A program made the translations under genes and the position numbers. Below, one piece after another: positions 50,801-62,365 of a DNA stretch of 64,000 nt. This stretch comes from Octopus vulgaris. Lineage: Eukaryota. The first letter of the stretch is position 1, and each line of letters opens with the position of its first letter. A model generated the notes under the pieces. That model was not told the origin of the DNA. It worked only from the letters and a program-made list of their open reading frames with translations, and did no database searches. Where the stretch lies: the NCBI GenBank assembly GCA_951406725.2, contig OX597817.1, positions 139,314,001 through 139,378,000 of the forward strand, written 5' to 3'.

Positions 50801-53800
50801 TTCATTGTATAAGTTCATGTAAAGTTATTCCTAAACAAGTTTAAGAATAACAACAATGAGAAGAACCAATGTGGGTTTACAGATATTGGCACAATGCCCA
50901 ATTTCGGGGGAGGGGAGGGGCTAAGTCGATTTCATCGATCCCCCCCTCCCCAAGTGTTCAACTGGTACTTATTTTATTGACCCCGAAAGGATTAAAAGCA
51001 AAATCGACCCCAACAGCATTTAAACTCAGAACGTTAAGTCAGAAGAAATATTGCTAAGCGTTCAGTCTGGTGCAGTAATGATTCTGCCCAGCTTGAAGAA
51101 ACTCAGTATTAGAAGTAAAGTCATACTTTTTATAAAATTACTTTTGACTGGAACTTTTCTGGCTTCTAGACTATCACAGCTCAGTCAAACTGTCCAACCC
51201 ATGCCAGCATGGAAAGCACTTGTGCACCTGTTCAGGCAATTTCGATTTGCTGGAGAGAGTGAGATAATGTACAACACATACATTTATGCAGTTCATTCAG
51301 CAGAAACACCTGAATACTCATATGTCATCTTCAAGGGGGGAGTCCATCCCCCAACAGGAGATGCAGAAAAGTTTTGGCATTAGTTTTCCAGTCTACTGTT
51401 TGGATGTGTGATTTCTCTACAAAAACCATTTCCTGCCATTTCTCAACTCTTATACTTTTCTCATACAAATATAACATACTAGCACTATGACCCAGCAATG
51501 CAGACACAGGAGCTTGATGCAGTTCTCTGGCTATTCGGATCCTGTCAAACTGTCCAACCCATGCCAGCATGGAACAGTTAAATGATGATGATGATGATGA
51601 TGATAGCGTGGTGGTGGTGTATTGGGTCTAATGAAGACAACCTTGTTGCTGCTGTACTTTTGTTTTCCTCCGGTAAACCTTGAAGGACGTTTTGGGTCAG
51701 TCGGAACAAAGACTAGCGACATCACAATCAGCCATTGCTGACTTTTGTGGGACAAAAGCTCTGATGGACAAACATCAATTCTGACATTAAGCTACAAGGA
51801 TAATCTCTATTTACAGCGAGAGTTCTTTGTTTAACTGGCTTTGACCGAGTCACAGAGTACACATGTTATACCAAAGAAGACAATGTAAACAGTAAAAGAT
51901 AATATTTCCTGAATTTATGCCAGAAAGAATTCCAAAGCTTTTAAAGAGAGAAAATCATTTCTTTTTCAAGAACTACCAATTTTTTGGTCTTTTATAAAAT
52001 AGTATTTTCCTTATATAATTAGATCTTTCATTCATTTGTACTGTGTTAATTACGATATTTAATTAAGATATTTAAAATATAGTGTTAATTATAGTATTTG
52101 AAAGAAAACATTCTTCTGATCTTGTTTTAACCCTTTGGAGACAAAATAAATTGATAGTTCCACACCAAAGAAGATGGAACCATTTGTGTGAGATTATTTA
52201 AAATTCTATAAAAAACATCTCTGAATTTCAATAGATACAAAAATTTCCATAGATATTTGGAAGAGAGTGCTCCTTCCATGATTCTTGCAGAGAAATGGTG
52301 GACAAACACTTGGCCTAATTCTTGTCTCAAGGCTTGACACATTCTGAATATCATGCAAGAAATCATGTTTTGTAAAAGTTGTCAGTTTTGAATGAGGAAT
52401 GGTGCTTTGAATGGCAACATGGTCACAACAAGAAGAGACCGAATCTGAAATAATTTGGGAATTATGAATAGAAGAAAATAAAGTGGAAACAAAAAGAAAA
52501 CAGGAAAGAAAAAGGGGGAAAAGGATTTCCTCTGTTTTCTTTTTTTAATTTAACTGTGGGTTAAATGGGCATACAAATTTTGAAATCTATTTTGTAGCTG
52601 TTTCTAACAACAACCAACAGAAACTGGTGCCTTTTTTCCAGTAAAGTCTCTCATTATTCTTTTCATCTATTTTCCACTACAGACATGTAAGGAATGGTTT
52701 TCGCATATTTGTACTTTGGCATAGAAGAAATGCTTTTATATAGAAAGATGTATTTCTTGTTACTAAGCACTTAGACGTTTGTGTGTAAGATATTTGAGGT
52801 GAGTAGAGTTATATGTCTTGCTCAAGAGATCAACACATTGAATAATCTAAGGTTTGAACCTATGATTATGTGCTCAGCAGTTCAGCACCTTAGCCTCACA
52901 ACCACTACACGCACTGACCTCTTTATATTGACCACACAACGGTTATAGCCTGGATCAGATGCCTCTACTGTGTTGTGTTCTTTCAACATATTTTACTCTA
53001 TTTGAAGCACAAACTAAAACCTAATGAAGTCCATAATACATCAGTTTTAACAACAGGTCAATGAGAGAGTCTGTTTGAGGTTGTGCAATCTGCTAGAAAT
53101 AGCAGCCAAATCTCTCTCAAATAACATTACATTTTATTCAAAATACAACACATTAGTTGATGGGATTTCACAGATACTCTTAGGAAAACAATGAAATTGT
53201 GGTAGATGGAGTGCCTGTGATTAGTGGTGACCTCTGGCTGAATAACAAAAGCAACAAATCGCTGACCACAAACAAAATATGGCAACACTTTAACTAGCTT
53301 TAACTCGTATATTAAAAATAAAGGACACTTATTAATAAAATGTGGCATCAAACAATTTAAGCATTCTGTTTACTCTAACACAGAACTCAAAGGATTGCTT
53401 CTTAATCATATACACACACACACATTTAAATCTGAAGAGAGACACTACCAATCAAGGCATTGAACTATAACTATGAACTAATTCCAAATTCTTTTTTCTC
53501 CTCTCTCTCTCTCTGCCTGGTTCTTTCAGTTTGAGACAATAAAAGACATATTTTAAATCAAACATTGCCCAATGGAACGACAAGAATCAGACTTGAAAAT
53601 GCTCTCTAACTAACAAAAATCTCATAACCATCTCCGCTGCTATGCCACTCCTCAATCTGCCATCCTTACAAATGAAGTCACTCCCGTTTCTTAAGTGCCT
53701 CTTATTTAAGTCACTTCCTTCAACATATCAACCATCACATTCTGCTGCTCTGGAGCGTTTCTCCATCTTTTATATCAATGCAGGACATACTTAAAACCTT

Positions 53801-54635
53801 CATCATCATCATCATCATCATCATCATTGTTTAATGTCCGCTTTCCATGCTAGCATGGGTTGGACGATTTTGACTGAAGGCTGGCAAACCAGATGGCTGC
53901 ACCAGGCTCCAATCTTGATTTGGCAGAGTTTCTACGGCTGGATGCCCTTCCTAACGCCAACCACTCCGAGAGTGTAGTGGGTGCTTTTTATGTGCCACTG
54001 GCATGGGGGCCAGTCAGGCAGTACTGGCAACGATCTCACTCGAATGCCACTAGCACAGGTGCCAGTATGGCGATGTTGGTAACAATCATGCTCAAATGGT
54101 GTCCTTTTACATGCCACCGGCACGGGAGCCAGTTGGCTGCTCTGGCAATGATCGCTGTTTTAAATTACAATTGTTTGTTTTTTACTTGTTTTTGTTGTTG
54201 GACTGTTGCCATGGTGAGGCATCACCTTCGAGAGTTTGATTGAATAAATTGCCCCTGGTAATCCTTTCTGAGTTTGGTACCTTACTCTGTTAGTCTCTTT
54301 TATCAAACCAGTAAGTTATAGGGATGTAAACAAACCAACTCTAGTTGTCATGTGGTGGTGGGATCAAACACAAAGACATACACACAAATATACCTACATA
54401 GACACATACAAATATTCATACACACACACATATACATACACTCACAAATATACATACACACACATACATGCATGGATGTTAGTAGAAAGCTCCGAGATGA
54501 AAGTAACATCGATCATCAAAGCAGTCTATCATGGACCAATAGCCGGATTGCTACCTTCCACTTTGAAGGGTATGCGTTTGCAATCTAGGAACAGGAAATA
54601 TCAACCAAATACCTGATGCACAAATACCTTATGTG

Positions 54636-54970
54636 AAGGTGCATGGCTCAGTGGTTAGGGCGTCGAGCTAATGATCATGAGGTTGTGAGCTCGAATCCCG
54701 GACCAGGCTGCGTGTTGTGTTCTTGAGCAGGACACTTTATTTCACGTTGCTCCAGTTCATTCAGCTGTAGAAATGAGTTGCGACGTCACAGGTGCCAAGC
54801 TGTATCAGCCCCTTTGCCTTTCCCTTGGATAACACTGGTGGCAGGGAGAGGGGAGGCTGGTATGCATGGACGACTGCTGGTCTTCCATAAACCACCTTGC
54901 CCAGACTTGTGCCTGGGATGTTAACTTTCTAGGTACAATCCCACGGTCAGTCATGACCAAAGGGGGTCTC
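54636..54970 (+). mobile_element. tRNA-derived CORE-type SINE family C (relatives at approx. 20128-20383 -, 24131-24430 +, 34760-35615 + split, 62567-62830 +)
   Basis: tggctcagtggttag A-box, gagctcgaatccc B-box, tgtgttcttgagca.gacactttatttcac core. Confidence 0.85.
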
Positions 54971-54971
54971 A

Positions 54972-55825
54972 ACCTGATGCACAAAAGGGACAGAAATGCA
55001 GGAAAAGCCATAAATTATGATAACCAATGCAGACTTTGTGGAGTTAGCCCAAAAGATAACACCCACATCATAAGCAATTGTCTGAAAATGCCATCGTGGT
55101 ATTATCTACTGATGAGACATATTGTAGCTAGGACAGTCTATAATGAAATCCGTTGGAAGGATAACCCCAAGGACAAAGAAATAAGAACCCACAGCATGGT
55201 AAAAGCCATAGCCACTCATAATAAAAAGGAATACTAGTGGAATGTCCCAGTGAAGACCTCAATGAAATGTAAGCACAACAGACCTGATATAGTGATTTGG
55301 GATAGAAAAGGAAAACTGCGCACAGTTGTGAAAATCAGCTGCCCAGTTGATGTTAACATAAAGTTGAAAATCAGTGAAAAAGAGAACACTTATGCTGAAC
55401 AATTGAGAAATCTGCAGTTACTCAATCCCGATTACAAGTTCAGGTTTATACCTGTAATTATTGGGGCTCTGAGATGTAACACTGCCTAAAAATCAATCTT
55501 GAGAAATTAGCCTTCTCAAAACCAGAAAGGAGAAAGCTGATTCATCACTAGAACTATAAAAATCTGTATAACTTTTCAGAAGTTTATCATTTAAATATAT
55601 ATGAACATGTCTAGATATGCAACTATATGCATGAGAATACATACATAAAACAAAACACAAATCTGCTCATATACATACATACATACATACATACAAACAA
55701 AAATACCGTTGTTGATGTTGAAATTCTAATGAAGGAGCCTTGGATCTAGGTTCGAAACTGGCTCTTTCACTATTGGCAAGAAATCTTGAAATAAAACTGA
55801 ATAATGGACACATACACACAGACAT
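54972..55825 (+). mobile_element. R4/Dong-clade non-LTR 3' fragment (CCHC knuckle, RLE endonuclease, 3' UTR)
   Basis: CRLCGVSPKDNTHIISNC..YLLMRHIVA; KHNRPDIVIWD..ISCP..KENTY..FIPVIIGAL. Confidence 0.9.
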
Positions 55826-56049
55826 CTTTCTTTGCAAGTTCCAATTTGAGAGCTGTGACCATGCTAGGACACCATTATTAGCTTTGCTATATTGCCACTA
55901 CTTGAAACCTCTGATGTGAGGCATTTGATGAAAAAGGGAGTTTGATGTTGCTGCCCTCATCTACATTTTTTGCTGTAAGGTAGGTTCATCTGGAACTTTT
56001 GACAGGAGGTGATCCAGTTTTGTTTTGGAAGCACCTACACCCATGCCAT

Positions 56050-56975
56050 GCAGCTCTCTCAGGACTTATGGAAGAATATTGAAGAGCTGTGGGCACTTGA
56101 AGCCCAAGCTGCTGTAGTATCTGGTCCTGTACTCTGACAGCAATATTGTGGTTTGTGGTACTATACAGTGGCACCCTATTCTACTGTTTGTTTATCTTTC
56201 AATGCCAAAGTTTGGTACAAGCTCTTCTAGGATTTTCCACGTGTATATCACTGCATATCTTTCCCGCCTTCATTCTTGAGAGTAGAATCTTAACTTTTTC
56301 AATCTCTCTTAGTTGTTGACACGTTACATTGAGACGATCTTCTTTGGGTAGCTTCTCTGGATTCCTTCGAGTTCTGTCATTAATTTTACACTGTGTGACA
56401 ACCATAATTGGGAGCAGTTATCAAAATGGCTGAGGACAAATGTCCTCCAGAGGACCACCACAGTTTCCAGTTCTCTCATTCTGAAAGTTCTAAGGATGCA
56501 TCTGGCTGGCCATCTGCATTTTGTTGCTAACTTAGTAATATACATATAAAAAGATGTATCATTACTCATGTCAGTACCCAGATCGTACACTGATTTTGAT
56601 TCAGGCATTGCAATTCCTCCTGGGCCAATGCATCCTGTCTGCATTTCATTCAGCTCCATGCATTGGTAGTGCAGGGCTTGGAATTTTCCAGCATTAAATT
56701 GCATGATATTGTCCTCAACCCACCTGTATGTTGCGTTCAACTCCTGTTGCAGATACACAACATCTTCAAGGTTCTGTATCCTCTGAGACACCTTTGTATC
56801 ATTGGTATAGATAACAAGGGTGGCTATATGAGCAGTTGGGATCATGTCCGAGGGGGGGCCATTATGATAACAGTGGCATCAAGACAGAGCCCTGTGGGAC
56901 ATCACTCATTATTTGTATTTCTTTGGAGGTAGCCTAGTTGACCACCACTACCTAACTTCTATCTTTTAGAAACAA
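56050..56975 (-). mobile_element. Degraded CR1/L2-group LINE RT fragment
   Basis: VPQGSVL, IYTNDTK (from YADDTK), MQFNAGKF, DLG, LWRTFVLSHFDNCSQLW, RLKKLRFYSQE.RRERY across frameshifts. Confidence 0.88.
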
Positions 56976-58971
56976 ACAACAGTTTTACTTTCAGTGATCA
57001 CCAAGAGCAAGAGGTGTACAACCCATAGCCTTTTTCAGTCCTTCCAGAGTGTGAAGGAGTGGGGCTGGGGTAAGCCCTAACGCTAACCTCTCCTAAGCTG
57101 AGAGACATCTTAAAAGAACCAGTGCTTAGTTCTAATTTTATGGTGACAGGGGGAGGAGGAGGAGGACCTGAAATGAAAGTCAGTTTATAAATTGTAGCAT
57201 CCTCATAAGTAGCTCCACTTGACAGCCAGGTAGACTGAGCCATGAAGATTAGTCAGAGGTGACGGTGAGGGGTGGGGAAAGAAAGTTCTCAAATTGGAAC
57301 ACCTGGCACTGAATGATTACAACAGAATGGTTTCTGGTAAAAAGTGAGGTCACTGAACCAGGTGAAAGATTAAACCTCCCTAACGCTACCCCCACCCCTA
57401 CCACAAATCAGAGTTCTACATTTGATGGGCTTCCATGCAATTTCTACTTATCAAATTTTGTGGACAAAACTTGGTTGAATTCAAGGCCATGGTAGAAGAC
57501 ACTTGTTTAAAATTCCATGCAGTGGGATTGAACCCAAAACCCAGTGAGTTGCAAGTGAATGGCTTTACCTCACAAATATGCCTGTGCCCATGCCCTATAT
57601 AGAATGTGTTGCTCAAACACAAAATACAGTCAGCAGATTTCAACTCAAGACTTACAATGGTTGTCAAACACTCTGGTTAACCGGACCACTTCAGTTAATA
57701 AATAGCTTATTCTATAAAGGACCCAGGTGCATTGCAGCTCATTGGAAAAGGCTAAAAGAGGGGACAGAAGGGAGACATGCAAAGCAAATAAAGAGAACAA
57801 TGAGAGCTAGAAGTACATGCACAATACACTGAATAAGACACAAAACAACAGAAAAGGGAACAGTGTCAATGAATTTCAGGAAGCATGGAATTATTGCAGG
57901 ATACACCATACAAGTGTGATTGTTGACTGAGTGGCTAACCGGCTTCCATGCCAAGGGCACCATTCAAATGTGATCGTTACCAGCGTCGCCTTACTGACAC
58001 TTGTGCTTGTGCTAGTAGGGTGCCAAGAGCACTATCCGAGCATGATTGTTGCCAGAGCAGCCAACTGGCTTCCGTACTGGTGGCACGTAAAAGAGCACCA
58101 TTCGAGTGTGATCGTTACCAACGTCGCCTTACTGGCACCTGTGTTGGTGGCATTTGTAAAATGATTCAAGCGATGTCATTGCCAGTACTGCCTGACTGGC
58201 CCCGTGCAGGTGGCATGTAAAAAGCACCCACTATACTCTCGGAGTGGTTGGCATTAGGAAAGGCATCCAGCTGTAGAAACTCTGCCAGATCAAGATTGGG
58301 GCCTGGTGTAGCCATCTGGTTTGCCAGCCCTCAGTCAAAATCGTCCAACCCATGCTAGCATGGAAAGCGGACGTTAAACGATGATGATGATGACAGTATC
58401 CTGACAACTAACAACTGATGTGTGTAGTTCTTGGAGACTTGGCTCAGTTAATATTCATGGTGCAGGGTAGTGAAGACATGCTGGTGGCAGGGGTAATTGT
58501 TTGAGGGGGATGAAGATCTGGGTTATAGATTTGGTAGGTAGAGGTATAGCAAAGAGTTGATTGCCAAAATGTATCCCGGCATCAGGAATTTGTGTGGCGT
58601 TTCTTGGACAAATTTATCCAGTTTGAATGTCATGGGGTCTTTTTCTTTGATTTCTTTCAAAATATTATTGACTATGCAAGACCAGTTGAGATGGAAAAAA
58701 GTTGCCACAGTGTAGTTATGTGATGTGTGTTCAGTTTTTGTAAGGGGTGTGTATGACTCTGGGGCCAAGCTTTGGATGACTTGCGAATTTGATTTCAGCA
58801 TTGTTTGGACAATAATGATGGAACATATTCCACATTCTACAAATTATGTATGTATGTATGTATGTATGTATGTATGTGCATCTGTTCACATAAGAATCTC
58901 AGATGGAGAATTCTTGGAACATCTTACAAATTTTCACCATGCCATGTGTGTGTGTGTGTGTGTGTGTGTGC

Positions 58972-59119
58972 ATGTGCGTGTCATTGTTCAGTTTTATTCC
59001 AAGATTTCTTGCCAATAGAGAAAGAGCTGGTTTCTAACCTAGATCCAAGGCTCCTTCATTGGAATTTCAACATCAACAACAGGATATTTTTGTTTGTATG
59101 TATGTACATACATATGTAT
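58972..59119 (-). mobile_element. Second copy of the R4/Dong 3' UTR end
   Basis: Reverse complement of 55670-55815 (gttgatgttgaaattc.aatgaaggagccttggatctagg...ggcaagaaatcttg.aataaaactgaa). Confidence 0.85.
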
Positions 59120-61066
59120 GAAGGAGTCATACCCAATGACTGGTGTAGCAGCATAATAGTCAACTGCTACAAAGGTAAAAGTGACGCCCTAGATACAAAT
59201 AATTACAGAGGTATCAAGCTGTTGGATCAGGTAATGAAGGTTACGGAGAGGGTCATAGCCCAACTAATTAGAGAGAGAGTTAGTTTAGATGAGATGCAGT
59301 TTGGATTCGTGCCAGGGAAAAACACCACTGATGCCATATTCCTGGTAAGACAGCTGCAGGAGAAATATCTAGCCAAAGATAAGCCCCTGTACCTGGCTTT
59401 CGTTGACATGGAGAAAGCCTTCGACAGGGTCCCCCGATCCCTTATCTGGTGGTCAATGAGGAAACTAGGGATAGATGAATGGTTAATGAGAGCTGCCCTC
59501 GGCCCCCTCCTATTTATCGTAGTCCTCCAGGCAATAATGGAGGAATTCAAGACAGGATGCCCCTGGGAGCTCCTCTATGCTGATGACCTTGCTCTAATTG
59601 CTGAGTCACTATCAGAACTGGAGGAGAAGTTTCAGGTGTGGAAGCAAGGATTAGAATCGAACGGCCTTAGTGTCAACCTAGCTAAAACCAAAGTCCTAAT
59701 AAGTAGGAAGGTAGACAAGTCACAAACGCCTTCAAGTAGATGGCCTTGCTCAATCTGTAGGAAAGGTATAGGTAGAAACTCTATAAGATGCACCAAGTGT
59801 AAGCTATGGACACACAAGAGGTGCAGCAACGTCAAGGGAAGGCTAACTAGGAAGATAGTTTTTGTATGTGGCAGATGCTCAGGAGCAATAAACACTGAAA
59901 ATGCGCAGAGAGCAACTTCTGCCACATTCCAGGGAGAAAAACTAGAAATAGTTGATAGCTTCCGTTACCTCGGTGACCAAGTCAGTAGCGGGGGCGGGTG
60001 TTTTGAAAGTGTAACTGCTAGAGTAAGAATAGCTTGGGCAAAGTTCAGAGAGCTCTTACCTCTGCTGGGGACAAAAGGCCTCTCACTCAGAGTAAAAAGC
60101 AGACTGTATGATGCATGTGTACGAACAGCCATGCTGCATGGCAGTGAAACATGGGCTGTGACTGCTGAGGATATGCGTAAGCTCGCAAGAAATGAAGCCA
60201 GTATGCTCCGATGGATGTGTAATGTCAGTGTTCATACTCGACAGAGTATAAGTACCTTGAGAGAGAAGTTAGACCTAAGAAGCATCAGTTGTGGTGTGCA
60301 AGAGAGACGACTGCGCTGGTATGGCCATGTGGCGAGAATGGATGAAGATAGTTGTGTGAAAAAGTGCCACACCCTAGCTGTTGAGGGAACCTGTGGAAGA
60401 GGCAGACCCAGAAAAACCTGGGATGAAGTGGTGAAGCATGACCTTCGAACTTCAGGTCTCACCGAGGAATTGACTAGAGACCGAGACCTTTGGAAGTATG
60501 CTGTGCGTGAGAAGACCCGGCAGAACAAGTGAGACCATCACCCATGGCCTCAGTCCACTTATGCATACCTTTCCTTCTTGGGGCACAAAACCCTACTTGT
60601 GAAGACCTGTTGAGGCAAGTGAAAATCAAAAAATCAAAAATCAAAAATCAAAATCGATCGACATGAATGAAAATTGTAGCTGTGATACCAGTGCCGGTGG
60701 CACATATGAGAACCATCCGAACATGGCCGTTGTCAGCGCCGCCCCGACTGGCCTCCGTGCCGGTGGCACGTAAAAAGCACCATCCGATCGTGACCATTTG
60801 CCAGCCTCGCCTGGCCTCCGTGCCGGTGGCATGTAAAAAGCACCATCCGACCGTAGCCATTTGCCAGCCTCGTCTGGCACCTGTGCTGGTGGCACGTAAA
60901 AAGCACCCACTACACTCTCGAAGTGGTTGGCATTAGGAAGGGCATCCAGCCGTAGAAACATTGCCAGATCAGACTGGGCCTGGTGCAGCCTTCTGGCTTC
61001 CCAGACCCCAGTTGCACCGTCCAACCCATGCCAGCATGGAAAGCGGATGCTAAACGATGATGATGA
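59120..61066 (+). mobile_element. 5'-truncated RTE-clade LINE: RT ORF to 60532, 3' UTR with hairpin array, (ATG)n tail
   Basis: NYRGIKLL, QFGFVPG, TTDAIF, AFVDMEKAFDRV, LLYADDL, FRYLG, RRLRWYGHV, RGRPRKTW. ORF is open but has an internal in-frame deletion near 59492. Confidence 0.96.
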
Positions 61067-61318
61067 GGATGCTGTATGGATGCATGCATGCTTGTTTTCT
61101 TTGAGCTTAATTTAAGTTCTTGAGAGAGTTTAAACTAGTTGCTAACAAAATGACAAGACTTTTTGAGTTAAGAGAGTCTCCAGTTGAGTTGGTGTGTTGG
61201 TTGAACTGCCGATGCACACACCCAAGTGTGTGCATCTGTTCACATAAGAATCTCAGATGGAGAATTCTTGGAACATCTTACAAATCTTCACCATGCCATA
61301 TGTGTGTGTGTGTGTGAG

Positions 61319-61362
<44 letters not shown>

Positions 61363-61939
61363 TAAGGAGAGGACAAGAAGAGAGACAAATATAACGAGAG
61401 AAAATGTGATGTGATAAGAAAATAAAAGGCAAAAGAAAAGAAAAAGATAAAAAATGAGTTGAAAATTTACAAAATCTGTAGAAATTAAATACAGAAATAT
61501 TCTGAGACCAAACTAGAAAATTCCCAGAGTAACTTCAGACTGTAATTCCTGACTCAAATTACAGACACACAACTGGGCTGCTTAGTCTGTTGTTTCACAA
61601 TTATAAACGCAACATCTTTGGAAATTTTGACATTTTAATCTAGCGCCAGCTTTACTCAACTCTTGGCAATAAAATGTCCAAATTATAAATTATATCGTGG
61701 TTTCAAAATGTCAATTACTTTCGTTAAAACTAAGGAGAAATTGCATCTTCTTCTTCTTCTGCTTCTTCTACTTCTTCTTTTTTTATTCTTCCTCCTCCTC
61801 CTCCTCCTCCCCACCAGAAAAGATCCAATATATTTATTATTTCTTCTAAAATAAATGTCATAGAAATGACTAAAAGCAAAAAATCTGTTTTTTCAATGTC
61901 GTTAATGGATAAACTTGTAATTAAATTTTCAATGTAAGG

Positions 61940-62174
<235 letters not shown>

Positions 62175-62176
<2 letters not shown>

Positions 62177-62365
62177 AGTTGAAATTTATAGAAGCACAAA
62201 AGACGAAGACAGGTGTATAAACAACAGACAGGTGTATCAGTTTGACACTCGGGAAGGTGAAAAAGTCTTTTATGTTTCGAGCCTATGCTCTTCAGCAGAA
62301 AGGAACATGAGGAAATAAACAGAGAGAGAATAAACAACTTTTGGAGTTAGCGGTCAATATATATC
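62175..62365 (-). mobile_element. (TA)n-anchored short repeat with hammerhead-like core, probable Penelope pseudo-LTR (copies at approx. 36415-36550 +, 44035-44190 +, 11720-11830 - partial)
   Basis: Minus strand ctgCTGAAGAgcataggctcGAAAcataaaagac; shared downstream gag..t.aaact.atacacctg.ttgtt. Confidence 0.6.

Noticed and set aside
58523-58801. 92-aa minus ORF with a faint APE-like flavour (FFHLN, MPGY)
   Set aside because: Too weak to call without a profile search.
58805-59119. N-terminal part of the 575-aa ORF as a novel fusion protein
   Set aside because: Chance read-through of microsatellites and an antisense R4 tail into a 5'-truncated RTE; no valid ATG context.
60690-60910. Repeat-spacer pattern (ggtggcacgtaaaaagcacc) resembling CRISPR
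   Set aside because: Linkers are homologous to one another and the array is the 3' UTR of an RTE LINE.
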